Positions 29,110 through 42,334 of a stretch of 64,000 bases of DNA are shown here, piece after piece. The translations under genes were made by a program, and so were the position numbers. The notes beneath the pieces are model-generated. The model did no database searches. It was not told the origin of the DNA and was given only the letters and a program-made list of their open reading frames with translations. This DNA comes from Eledone cirrhosa (lineage: Eukaryota). Position 1 is the first letter of the stretch, and each line of letters starts with the position of its first letter. The DNA is taken from contig OZ024742.1 of assembly GCA_964016885.1 (NCBI GenBank), forward strand, positions 257,920,001-257,984,000, given 5' to 3'.

Positions 29110-30182
29110 ACTTGTTTCTCCTCTTCCTATCTTTCCGTTACATTACCATCTCTGTTTGTTTACATGCCTCACTCGCTTCACCCTAATTTACGTGTCCCAA
29201 TAACTTTTTTTAGTTATTGCTCGCACCAACCAGAGGTTTAGCCAGTCACTCTCTCTCCGCCGTTCTCTTACTCGCCCTTTCACTCACTCACTATCTGCTT
29301 CTCCCCCTCTCTCAATTCCTCCCGTTGGATCTGTGTGAAACCATTTTCTCTCTCACATCTCGCCCAGGTCGGATGGTCTTTACCTTTCGTCTACGATTTC
29401 ACCGAACTTAAGTTCATAGATATCACGGACTTGTTTCTCCTCTTCCTCTCTTTCCGTTGCATTACCATCTATGTTTGTTTACATGTCTCGCTCGCTTCAC
29501 CCTATTTTACGTGTCCCAATAAATTTCTTTAGTTATTGCCCGCACCAACCAGAGGTATATGATCTTTAAAGCGAAGAAATACCAATGAAGGTTGGAAGAT
29601 CACTGATGAAGGACTAATTTTATTCATATGTAACCCATGTGCAACCACGCAGCATGCCATTTTTCATATATTTATATTTTTTCTCCGTTGCGACCTCTCT
29701 GTTTCTTTCTTACTGCTTCCCCTTTCTCTGTATCTCTCAACTTCTTTTTACCCCCTCTGTCGGTCGCTCTCTTTCAGCTGGCCTCTTCCTCACACATTCA
29801 CTCACTCACTCTCTGCTTCTCCCCCTCTCTCACTTTCTCCCGTTTGACCTGTGTGAAATCCTTTTCTCGCTCACATCTCACCCAGGTCGGATGGTCTTTA
29901 CCTCTTGTCTATGATTTCACCGAACTTAAGTTCACAGATATCAGGGACTTGTTTTCCCCGCTTCCTATCTTTCCGTTGCATTACTATCTATGTTTGTTTA
30001 CATGTCTCGCTCGCTTCACCCTATTTTACGTGTCCCAATAACTTTCTTTAGTTATTGCTCGCACCAACCAGAGATATATGATCTTTAAAGCGAAGAAATA
30101 CCAATGAAGGTTGGATGATCACTGATGAAGGACTAATTTTATTCATATGTAACCCATGTGCAACCACGCAGCACGCCATTTT
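29108..30182 (+). mobile_element. Partial tandem array of the non-coding unit of about 520 nt
   Basis: gttattgc-cgcaccaaccagag at about 29214, 29532 and 30051 (519-nt period); (TA)n flanks. Confidence 0.8.
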
Positions 30183-30619
30183 ATATATATATATATAAAT
30201 TTATATATATATATATACATATTTATTTGTATATATATATATATGATTAGAATTTGTAATGTGTACCTTTTCAATCGTGAATACATTCTCTCCACCTGTT
30301 CCATTTTAGAACACATATTATTTGTTCCGTATACATACCTAAGCGTGAATCTCATACTCCCCATGTGTACTATATCAAACGAATATACAAGTACAGTCCT
30401 CTTTCACCTCTTTTTTTATATATCTCTATGTGACGCATATATATATCTATGTTATACGCATATTTTAATATAATGTATATTTATTTATTTTATTTTATTG
30501 TTTTTATATGTGTGTATATATGTATGCGTATGCATCTCATACCTCCCATGTGTACTATATCATAAGCATGCACGTACGTTCTTCTTTCTCCTCTCTTCTT
30601 TTATATATCTCTCTCTATT

Positions 30620-30654
<35 letters not shown>

Positions 30655-31039
30655 GTGTATGTGTGTATATATGTATATGCATATTTTAATATATTGTATA
30701 TTTATTTTATTGTTTTTATATGTGTGTATATGTGAATGGGTATGTGTATGTATATAGATGTGTGTGTATGTATAGAGAGTTATATACGTATTTGTTACGT
30801 GAAGGCGTCCGAATGTATGTATATGATTATAATATTTATATCAGTGCATGTTTAGTACAAGATGCATCTTAATATGTATGACGTTATACGTATATTTTAG
30901 TGTATTGTACGTTTTTTTTTATAGATGTGTATGTATGTTTGTGTATGTGCATATATATATATATATGTGTGTGTGTGTAAGTGTGTGTGTATATATATGT
31001 ATATATATATGAAAGTATATATATATATATATACTATAT

Positions 31040-31073
<34 letters not shown>

Positions 31074-31555
31074 ATATATGTATATGTATATGTATATATA
31101 TATATAAATGTGTGTGTGCGTGTATGTGTGTATATATATAATTATATATACATTTTTTTTTATTTACTTATTTATTTATTTATTTATATGTATGTATGTA
31201 TACATACATGTATGTGTATGGATGTATGTATTTGGTTACATTGTTTATATTCGTGCATGTGTATTACAAGATGCATCCTTTCATTGATGACTCTGTACGA
31301 CACATTGTGCAGTTTTATATGACTGTGAGTATATCATATTTGAATACGGACTGATATATGTATGCATGTGTGTATCTTTGTAGATGTACGTGAGCACGGA
31401 GGTAATTGGGCGCGTATTTGTTTGAATCTATGAGCCAGTGTGAGTGTGTGGGTGTGTGTGTGTGAGTATGCGTGTGTGTGTGTATGTACGTGCACCTACT
31501 ATGGGGTAAGGGCTTGGTTCTTTGTGTGTACATTTATCTGTGTGTACATATATAC

Positions 31556-31615
<60 letters not shown>

Positions 31616-31807
31616 TTGCGAGCAAGTCTGTCTTTGTGCCTCTGTATACGGACACGTGCGTATATGTGCGTGTGCGTGTCTGTGTATATGTCTGTACGTG
31701 TTTGTGTATATGAGCAGATATACGCGTACGCATGTGTGTGTCCATGTATGCGTGTGCGTGTGTGTGAGTGTGTGTGTGCGCGTGTGTCTGTATGTGAGTA
31801 TGTGTAA

Positions 31808-31862
<55 letters not shown>

Positions 31863-32251
31863 GGATGATCGCATTTAATATCCTTTAAAGGTTCTTGGCA
31901 CCACCATTGTTACCATCGCTTCCCTCTAGCCATGGGGCTTGGAGACATGAACCGAATGCTACCATTCTATTTTATATCAATGTGAAGTGCTATTTCTAAT
32001 AGCCATCTTTTCACCCCTTGATAATTTGTGTGTGGGACACGTTGGCTGAGAGCTTCTGACAGGAACTAATAGATTGATTCTTTTTAGCTTCCCGTTCCCA
32101 CGTAAAATTTGTAAATCAGTGGCTAGTTGAGAGATAGAGTCCTATCGGTTGCCAGTTAATCGCTTTTCCGTGTCGGTTGTCACAAACAGTCATGACCCGC
32201 ACTGGCCGGTGTCTGGATTATGTCAATCGATTGGTTATTGATTAGGCGATA

Positions 32252-32361
32252 CCCGCTGATGAAGCAGCATAAGCCGATTGTGCATTGTTGCATAATATAT
32301 ACAGACAGATGGTGCAGTGCACCTTATTGCTGCATTAGTGCTGCAGAAACTCGAGTCCGGG
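32252..32361 (+). ncRNA. Type I hammerhead ribozyme, canonical core, about 80-nt stem II, inside a non-coding insert (about 31861-32510)
   Basis: cccg CTGATGA a-gcagca...tgctgc-a GAAA ctcgag TC cggg: GUC cleavage triplet, palindromic ACUCGAGU. Confidence 0.82.
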
Positions 32362-33046
32362 AACCTTATAGGCACCCGATTTACGTGTGTTGTGTTGAGT
32401 CAAATAACTATGTGTATACTCTGGTAATGTATCTTACATTGCTCATTGAGTGCGCTGAGATACAACCGGTTTGGCATTGATAAATATGCTGGGTCTGTCA
32501 ACCGTTAATATTTATATATGTATGTATATATAGGTATATATGTGTATGTATGTGTGTATGTATGTATCTTTGAGTATATGTGTATGTATATGGGTGTGCG
32601 TAAATGTGTATATGTGTATATGTGTCTGCGCGTGGACTTGTGAAACACCAACCCAGCATGAATTCATTGAAGTGTGTCAGCCAGAGGGTAGCCGATGGAC
32701 AGCCTGACTGAGACTATTGGCCAGAATTTATGATGACGTAGAAAAACAACAGCCAACAGCAGCACAAGCTAAGAAGATGTTTTTTGACGCTAACATCCAA
32801 GTGAGAAAATTTGATCCGGAATTATTGCCATGTCCGACGAACCTGCAGTTTCCAGGATCACACAGATCCATACAATGATCGTGTCTCGAGCTGTCTGCCG
32901 GCGAAACAATTGTAATACACAATAAATTGAGTCCAGATGTATCACTGATTTTATGTTTTATATTATATCACACTCTGCTCTGTAAGAACATAGAGTGCTC
33001 AACCCGCATACCGCCTATGGAAGCATCTTACCTACCATGTAACACA

Positions 33047-33129
<83 letters not shown>

Positions 33130-33134
<5 letters not shown>

Positions 33135-33522
33135 TAAAAAGAATTTCAACTTTGTCTGATTTACTCGTTTTATTTACAATCCTTTAAAATTTATAATGGT
33201 ATTAGAATGAAATAGTATGGTAGAATATTAAATGTTAAGTATTAATTGAACAAGTACTTTCATGCTTTCGCAATCTTTAGGTTCATATTGTGTGGTGACA
33301 GTCAAGTTTGCAATTTTCAACAGTTGAATATTGCAAACTTGACTGTCACCACAGCACCACAGAATAGAACCTGAAGATTGCGAAAGCATGAAAGTACTTG
33401 TTCAATTAATACTTAACATTTAATATTCTACCATACTATTTCATTCTAATACCATTATAAATATTAAAGGATTGTAAATAAAACGAGTAAATCAGACCAA
33501 GTTGGAATACCTTTTATTAATA
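33130..33522. repeat. Palindrome of about 390 bp (fold-back pLTR), centre about 33321
   Basis: Arms are reverse complements with few mismatches; (TA)n on the left. Confidence 0.9.
33367..33403 (+). ncRNA. Minimal type I hammerhead
   Basis: gaac CTGAAGA t-tgc gaaa gca-t GAAA gtac TT gttc. The mirror copy at 33248-33284 (-) has CTAAAGA (G5A). Confidence 0.8.
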
Positions 33523-33574
33523 TAATCTTCTATACACAATCATACACCCCCGTGTATATGTATCTCTCTGTCTC

Positions 33575-33611
<37 letters not shown>

Positions 33612-33674
33612 AAATGATCATAGTATAATAAACCTTTCAAGGATTTACACAAATCCAGCCTCCTGTCATTTCAT

Positions 33675-34154
<480 letters not shown>

Positions 34155-34155
34155 G

Positions 34156-34193
<38 letters not shown>

Positions 34194-34198
34194 CACAC

Positions 34199-34253
<55 letters not shown>

Positions 34254-34258
<5 letters not shown>

Positions 34259-34437
34259 GCTTCTACTTTAGGCACAATGCCAGCAAATACCCAGTGCATT
34301 TCTGGTACTTTACTTTATCGACCCCGTAAGGATGAAAGGCAAAGTTAACCTCGGCGGGATTTGAACTCAGATCGTAAAGGGACGTAACTATGCTGGAAAG
34401 CATGGCGTCCGACCCTCCATCGATACTGCCAATCCAG
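34254..34437 (-). mobile_element. tRNA-derived SINE, full length
   Basis: Reverse complement of A box, B box, core and tail. Confidence 0.88.
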
Positions 34438-34936
34438 TGGGTAATTGTAAATAATACCCATGTAAAAGAATGAAAATAGCTCGATATAAATTAGCAAGTG
34501 TATTACAGAGACTAATACAATGTAAATGACAATCAAAGAGTGTTTAAAACAGTTATTCTAAACTCTTTTTAATGTATTTTTAATTATATTATTAAGTATA
34601 TTATTAAAATTATATTTTTGAGATATATTTTTAAATTTATAATTCACTTTTAAATTTATACTTCACTGATTAACTTTATTAATTTATGATATATGTTTTG
34701 TGACTACACCTAATTTATCTGTAACCGCATGTTTTTCAAACTTTAAAATTGTTATTGCTTTTATCTGCTATTAATTTTTATTGCATTTACCTGCTCTTAT
34801 TCTTCATATGCTTTTTCCTGCTTCTATTATCTTATATGACTGTTGATACTTATGCTTATCCCATATTATGTATCCTCCTAATGTTCTTCTGACAAAGTTT
34901 TGATATTATATTTGTGTTATATTTACTTTTGCTATC

Positions 34937-34984
34937 TACTCCGATGAATGCGGCTTTCTGCTAGGATGAAACGATCGTAAGTGC
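34937..34984 (+). ncRNA. Type I hammerhead motif with CCGAUGA core
   Basis: tact CCGATGA at-gcggc tttct gcta-gg-at GAAA cgatcg TA agtg. Palindromic ACGAUCGU; stem II is imperfect. Confidence 0.55.
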
Positions 34985-35073
34985 TTAAATGTTTTAAACA
35001 CTCTTTGATTGTTATTTCCATCGTATTTATACATATAATATATATATATATACACAAACACACACACAGACAC

Positions 35074-35132
<59 letters not shown>

Positions 35133-35133
<1 letters not shown>

Positions 35134-36752
35134 CCCCACCACTCCCCTCCTTCAAACGCGCACGCAATCTCCGCACCTTCCTCGTCCACAGCTCCCTACC
35201 CCCCAACCGACGCTCTCCCCCCGGTTCCTTTCCCTGTTCTAGGCCCCGCTGCAACACCTGTCCCCACATCACCAACACCACCACCTTCCAGGGTCCCAAC
35301 GGCCACCCTCTCTCTGTCCGGCATGCCTTCCGCTGCACCCCCTCCAACCTAGTCTACGGTATTCGTCGGACAGACTGGACGTCGCCTTGCGGACAGATTT
35401 ACTGAGCACCTCCGGGATATTCGTCTCGGTGGTAGTTCTCCCATCGCCCGCCACTTTGGTGCCCCTGGACATTCCGCACGCCATCTCACAGTCTGTGGCC
35501 TATTCCAATGCCACGGAACACCCGCCAATCTCCAAAGAGTTGAACAACGAATGATCTTCATCTTACAGACCCACACTACCCCGGCCTGAACTCCCCACCC
35601 TTATTCCTTTAGCCTTCGACCGCCCCCCTCACCCCACACATATCCCCCACTAACACCACTAACATACCCCTCCTGTTCACCGCCCACCCCACAACTAACA
35701 ATACTTACACCTCCACTCCACCCCACATCCGACCACCCTTCCCCAACTAACATACTAACCTATTCTAATACACTAACACCTATTCTAATACACACACACA
35801 CCCTCCTCACTCCAACTTTCACACCTATCCACCCTCTCCCCTTTACCATTCCACCCTACTGCTGCTATGCCATATGACCACCTCCCCGCACACACAGACA
35901 CACAAGACACCTCCACTCACAATTTTACACCACTGCTGCTATACCCTCTACAGACACACAACACCCCTCCTGCCTTGACCACTTCCTGTTGCGCGCGCAC
36001 CCCACTTCTCCCCTCTTCCGACCAATCTCTTCACGGATTACACGTATCTGAACCTTGACCCCGGAATCAACTACCATCTTATGATTTTACCAAGCATTCC
36101 ACCACAACTTCTTACGGAATCACCTTTATGACTCACCCACACACACACCCAAAAAACATTTTTTTCCCACACGCCACCTACACCCACAACAGGCTTAAAC
36201 ACCACACACACACGTGCGTCCACCACGTAGTTACACATTCAGCCTCTGGATTCCTCTCCCCCCACCCCTCTATCCACACAGGAACACACACACACTCCGA
36301 CCCACACGCCACCCAACACACACCTCTTCCTGAACATGCAACCCCGTTCTTCCCCCAACCCTTGCTTTCACATACACACACACACACGTACACCTACGCA
36401 CACCCCACCTTCAGCCCTCCCCGCTCGGACACCCCGTCTCCCTCTCCCCACTCCACCCGCCACCACCCTACACGCCCCACACCCTTCCATCACCTGTTTT
36501 ACCCCATTTTAATTTTATTTTGATCATGCCTTTATTTTTAATTTCATTTGCACCGTTTCCTCTCACCCCCTTTTTGCTATATGTCTCTCCACCACTCCCC
36601 TACACACCCTTTGAACTCTCATCCCACATACTTTTCACCTGAAGAAGGGCTTATGCCCGAAACGTCGTTCCCCCCACCACCCCACTCTCAAGAGCGTGAA
36701 ATTAATAACATCCGTTGTACTGCCTCTCTGTTTTGTTCCTTTTCAATTTTTC

Positions 36753-36756
<4 letters not shown>
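35133..36756 (+). mobile_element. Neptune-type PLE 3' fragment (Zn linker, GIY-YIG, CA-rich 3' UTR, pLTR)
   Basis: SFKRARNLRTFLVHS...GSFPCSRPRCNTC...FRCTPSNLVYGI /deletion/ VGQTGRRLADRFTEH...PIARHF...EQRMIF; (TA)n flanks. Confidence 0.85.
36637..36668 (+). ncRNA. Minimal hammerhead typical of PLE pLTRs
   Basis: ac CTGAAGA a-gggc ttat gccc GAAA cg TC gt; palindromic ACGU stem III. Confidence 0.8.
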
Positions 36757-36789
<33 letters not shown>

Positions 36790-36804
36790 AGAGATAGAGA
36801 GAGA

Positions 36805-36871
<67 letters not shown>

Positions 36872-37212
36872 GGAGAAAGAGAGAGATAGAGAGATGATAT
36901 TATACGAAATGATATTAGAAAGTACGAACGCGGAAATAACGGACAAATAGACTGTAACATAACGGTATGAGTGTTGGTTTAAAAGAAAAACCCACTGAGT
37001 GAAATGAAGAGTGGTCAGCGTAGATGAGTGAGGGAAGAAAATATGGTTAGTAGAGAGACAGAAAACGAAAGGAATAGATCATGTAGCACAAAATGAGAGA
37101 TTGGGGAGTGATAGATAAATGAGTGAATGGAAGTGATACAGTATATGATGTTGACAAGGAGAAGCTTGAATGTGATTCCAGTAGTAGCAATGGTGGGAAT
37201 ATATATATATAT

Positions 37213-37885
37213 ACAGTAGAATAATCGAGTATCGAAAAATCGGCGCACGAGTTCACGATAAACAAAATTCGAGATGAGCGGCAGAGGGCTCCATAATTCA
37301 GATAAATCAGAGCTATAACTATCGTTAAAATACCGTCACACGTAGAATATGTCTACAATCAACCAAACGACCGAAACATTGCGATATGGAAGATTTGGGA
37401 CACTCAGATAAATTATCAATAAATCAATAAATCAAATGAATGTAAAAAGCTTACCCGGACCCACTAGAGAGATGGTATATCTAGCTTCTTGGGTTTCTGT
37501 AAATCTTTAAACCGTCCCCTATCAGCTCACATAAAAATATAAGACTTACAGACGGCGGGGGACTGGAGTTTACTTCTTCAACGAGCTTTAGTCCGAACTA
37601 ATGAAAAGACAAAACCCAGGCTGAAAATACGCACATGGATTTCAGCAAGGGAGATAACCTTTATATCCGCAAAAAATATTCGGGAAAATGTGGAATAACA
37701 CATATCGAATAAGAGTGCTCAATAGACATGTTAAAATAAACAGGAGCTATTCATCATTTAATAGAATCGACAAAAAATGAACAATAAAATTAACTGGTCA
37801 ATAGCTAGGTCTAGAGCTAAATATAGTAGAATAATCGAGTATCGAAAAATCGGCGCACGAGTTCACGATAAACAAAATTCGAGAT
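37213..37885. repeat. 1.1-mer of a 610-nt non-coding unit with about 60-bp terminal direct repeats
   Basis: agtagaataatcgagtatcgaaaaatcggcgcacgagttcacgataaacaaaattcgagat at 37215 and 37825; (TA)n flanks. Confidence 0.8.
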
Positions 37886-40804
37886 ATATACATATATACA
37901 TGTGTGTGTGTAAGTGTGTGTATATAAAGTGGTGGTTTAATGGTCTAACAACGATCGATGCCCTAACACACAACAATGTAATTAACTACGTATACGGAAA
38001 ATACACGCCAGAATTCTATAATATTTTAGTGAAGTTGAATGTTTTAATGGTTAGAATGGTCCTCTCACTATCACGATGTAGTGAGTTCAAATATCATCAG
38101 AGTACGGTGTTTTATTCCATGTTGTTGCAGGGTTTCGACCGGTAAAATTGCGTTATACCTGCAATTCAAAAGGTCGACCTTACCAAACTTTGTATCACAC
38201 TGAATCCCCATGAAAAATATGTTAACCCTCATAACCAGAATCAGTGGTGGCACTACACACTATAATAATTATGATTTGTACAATTACAGCTTGACAAATG
38301 TGTATGGTAGCGCAAAGAAAATTAAAACCTTTTTCCCAACACCAGGTATAAGAGTCACTGTTTATCTAATTGATATGAATTGGAAAATATGAGTGTGTCA
38401 CGGTACTCGCAACAATTACACTGCTCATTATCATTGATTCAATTTCATCTGTGAAATGTTGTCAGTCAGTATTTATAAATTATCGCGATGGTGGTGGTTA
38501 ACACAAACAGCCATACAACCATAATCAAAAGCACCACAAATATGAACAACATCAATAACACAAACAACCACAAAATCAGCACCAAACGCACTATCACCAC
38601 TAAAAACACAACCATCAGCAAAATTACCAATGCCGCCATTACTAAAAACAGTAATAACCCCAAAGGAAGACTAAATGAAATATGTAGCTGGTTATTAAAC
38701 GTAACCTTATCTAACGCAAGATTCATAATATATTACCGTTACCTCCGGGTGTTTCGTTATAACATAGATTTACACATGGAAAATACCACTCTAAAATGCA
38801 AGCCTTAGTAAGCTTTCTTTTCGGAAGACGATCAGTTGTTGATACATGCCAACTTCATTTCAACCACACACCTGTTGTTGACGAAAGGGGAAGATGATTT
38901 CAGATGCACTGCCCCATCAATGATGTCACAATCCCAATTAAAATGCCAATACGTCTACGAGTTCAGCAAAATTAGGTTACCATTTTATTTTTCGACACGG
39001 AATTGTTGAAATGCAAATTTTGATTTTGCGGGATTTAACAAAGTTTAAATGCCGAAGCATTTAATCCGACACTCTAACGGCAGTGTTGTCTGCTTCTATG
39101 GATGTCTGTAAACTGGTATCACGATTGTTTGGGAAATCAATTTCTGACAAATTTTATTATTTACTTGGCATATCTACAGCTTGCCGTCACAGCTTGTTAG
39201 TAATTTAACGTAGGGAATGGAAAAAAGACAGATTATTGGTGATGGGAAACTCTGGAATGTCATATTTTCTACAGCAGCAACCAGGAGCAATGCAGCGACA
39301 GAACTAGATTGTTTTACCCGACAAACATAAGCTCGGAGGCTGATGAAATAACGGCCGCTTTCTTATCAGTTTATAAACAAATCTCTAACTTTCTGAAGTT
39401 CTTGCTACCTAGAATCCCGAATCACCTCCCTACTTATTTTCATCTCGACGTAGTTTCTAATCCATAAAAATGATCTCCACGAGATTGAATAACTCTTTAA
39501 TAGCAAATCACCTTCTATACTCTGGTTTAATATAAATTGCAAGTCTGTCCGTTTTGACCAAGAGGCAATATCCAATCAATGTTTTGGACTCCAGAGAAAC
39601 AGACCGAATCTAAAATAAATGAGCGATTGAAATTTCTTCAGAAAGACAGAACAACTGAAAGAAAAAGCGAGTTAAATATCATTGGCCAATTTGTGTAGCA
39701 CTGTCTCTTTGCATATACTATTTCTCTTCATTTATTCGATACCATATTCACACCATTCTTCTTCGTTCAGATTACGTTAGCATTTTAGCTGATATCTTTA
39801 TGCCTGGAGTCACTCCATTCGTCTTCATTTAGTTAATTCTATTACATCTGAAGTCACACTATTCTTCCATTTAGCTACATCAAATGTAGTATGCAATGTG
39901 GAAGAATATTTCACTGGAAATGAACCATGCATCCCATCGTTGAATAGTGGAAGGTGTTATTAGCAGTTGTTATTAGCATTGGGTACATCTGATCAACTTT
40001 AATACTCACCTATCTTTCTTAAACGGTATTTAGAAATATGGAGCAAAAACATGTAGATATTTGCCGAAATAAAATGAGATATAATGAACTAAATGTGTCA
40101 AGATTATGTATCTCACACTTAGCAGAGAAGATGAAAGGAAATGTATATGTTTTTTTACTACAAATGCGTGATTAATTTCTAGAATGATACCAACACACAG
40201 AATATATTGTTTTATTCTCACACGACTGGATCCCCATGAAAAACGATGTGATCATTAGCTTCAGTATATGGAAATTCCATTCAATATGTGACTTGAATAT
40301 GGTAAATACCTAATCACTGTTACAGAAAGATACAGAGCATGATTAAAAAGAAAGAAACGCTACGCTTATAATTACAACCGTATGTACAAATACATGAAAA
40401 TTAAGGCGATTGCGCTATTGAGTATTATATGTAAAAAATATATAATATAATATACACATATTTACAAATACCATCTATCTATTTATATATATTCTACCTT
40501 ACCAGTACAACCTCTGCCCGAATAAAAACCTTATAGACATACAGACAGACATAAATGCGCGTGCACACACACGCAAACACGCACACACATACGCACACAC
40601 ACATATATATATATATATATATCGTTGCTCTGGTATTGTGTGTTAGGTTTTACCTACCACAATGTTCAATTTGTCAAGCTACTTAAACGTATGTTGTTAC
40701 TCTAAGGACCAACACTTATCAAGTGCTTTGCTAACTCATTCATATTGTAGGTCGACTTTGCTTGCCCACAGCCAAAGCTTCGATTTTACTAAGCCCCCCA
40801 CATG

Positions 40805-40871
<67 letters not shown>

Positions 40872-41054
40872 ATAATATAGTAATATATATATATATATGA
40901 ATACCCCCTCCGCCTCCGTGGTATTTTCTTCGTGGTTATAAGAGGCTTAGCTCTGTTTCTCGACCGTTATATCGCGTGACTGTCTCCCCCTCCGCCTTTT
41001 GGGATTCTTTCTCACGTCGTGTAGACGCGTTCTTGAGACTAGTAAAATGAGGTA

Positions 41055-41142
41055 TCCTCTTGATAAGTCGGCAGACCTCGCAAGGACTCTATATCTTTGA
41101 TATATTGTTTTTGTTTATGCCACGAAACTACGTAGTCGAGGA
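41055..41142 (+). ncRNA. Type I hammerhead with compensated core U3-A8 (UUGAUAA), copy 1
   Basis: tcctc TTGATAA gt-c-ggca...tgcc-ac GAAA ctacgtag TC gagga: 5-bp stem I, palindromic ACUACGUAGU, GUC cleavage predicted after 41137. Confidence 0.82.
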
Positions 41143-41645
41143 ATTTAGGAACAGTTTAGGTATGATACATTTTATTACTAATTATATCTAAATGTTTCTT
41201 CTCTCTTCATAATGTATTTTTAACTCTGATACTGGTTCAGTCTGGTTCAAACTGAATTGGTCTGTCCCAGTCATTCATTGAGCAACATCGGTGAAGTTGG
41301 CACCCTTAACTCACAGTTGGGTGCGGATGCATTCATGTATATATGTGTGTGTCCGCATGTATCTGTGTGTTTCTAAATATATTAATAACTCCCTCTGGTC
41401 GAGCAATCTTTGAAGTGTGGGGACAACTGGAAAGCTTCCATTACTCATACTTCTCGCCTTCTTCACTACCTCTTCTACGGCCTCGATATGAATACCCCCT
41501 CCGCCTCCGTGGTATTTTCTTCGTGGTTATAAGAGGCTTAGCTCTGTTTCTCGACCGTTATATCGCGTGACTGTCTCCCCCTCCGCCTTTTGGGATTCTT
41601 TCTCACGTCGTGTAGACGCGTTCTTGAGACTAGTAAAATGAGGTA

Positions 41646-41733
41646 TCCTCTTGATAAGTCGGCAGACCTCGCAAGGACTCTATATCTTTGATATATTGTT
41701 TTTGTTTATGCCACGAAACTACGTAGTCGAGGA
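41646..41733 (+). ncRNA. Type I hammerhead (UUGAUAA), copy 2
   Basis: Same sequence shifted by 591; cleavage predicted after 41728. Confidence 0.82.
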
Positions 41734-41802
41734 ATTTAGGAACAGTTTAGGTATGATACATTTTATTACTAATTATATCTAAATGTTTCTTCTCTCTTCA
41801 TA

Positions 41803-41853
<51 letters not shown>

Positions 41854-42302
41854 GGTGTGTGTGTGTGTATGATTGCTTCATTCAGTCTGATGACGGCCGT
41901 CTGAAGATAACCCCAGTCATTCCATCACGTTTACGCTCTCCTATATACATAGAGGTGCCGTTTCAATCAAGCTAATGCTTTATAGTGACTGTGGTCCAGT
42001 TAACAGATGAATGTACGTGTTTCCATTTAATTCATTGGATCCGGATGTGGACTTAATTTTTGATGAACATTCATGGGACATTCTAATCCGTGGGTTTTCT
42101 TATATATATTGTCTCAACTTGGGCAGTTAATCACCTCTGTAGTTGCGAAGATATTTGTAACATAATTTCCCTGTTTCGTTGGCAGTTTATACGTTTATAT
42201 ATGATTTAAAAAACATCCTTATAGATTCCAGCCAGTTGATCTATTAGATTTCTAACCTCCGCAATTGTAAATAGTCATCAAGATTCTATAATTCTATACT
42301 GT

Positions 42303-42334
<32 letters not shown>

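Larger units (their letters stand above)
40895..41808 (+). mobile_element. Retrozyme-like non-autonomous element: direct repeats of about 323 bp (40895-41217, 41486-41808), each with an HHR; 591-nt period
   Basis: Repeats look identical by eye; no credible ORF; (TA)n on both sides. Confidence 0.8.

Noticed and set aside
38466-38808. Hydrophobic or T/N-rich ORFs (also 6098-6331 and 58859-59466)
   Set aside because: Degenerate (CAA/CAT/CAC)n repeats or the antisense of LINE low-complexity ORF1 sequence.
41885-41965. CTGATGA cggc...gccg motif as a hammerhead
   Set aside because: It is followed by TTTC rather than GAAA; no stem III or stem I closure.
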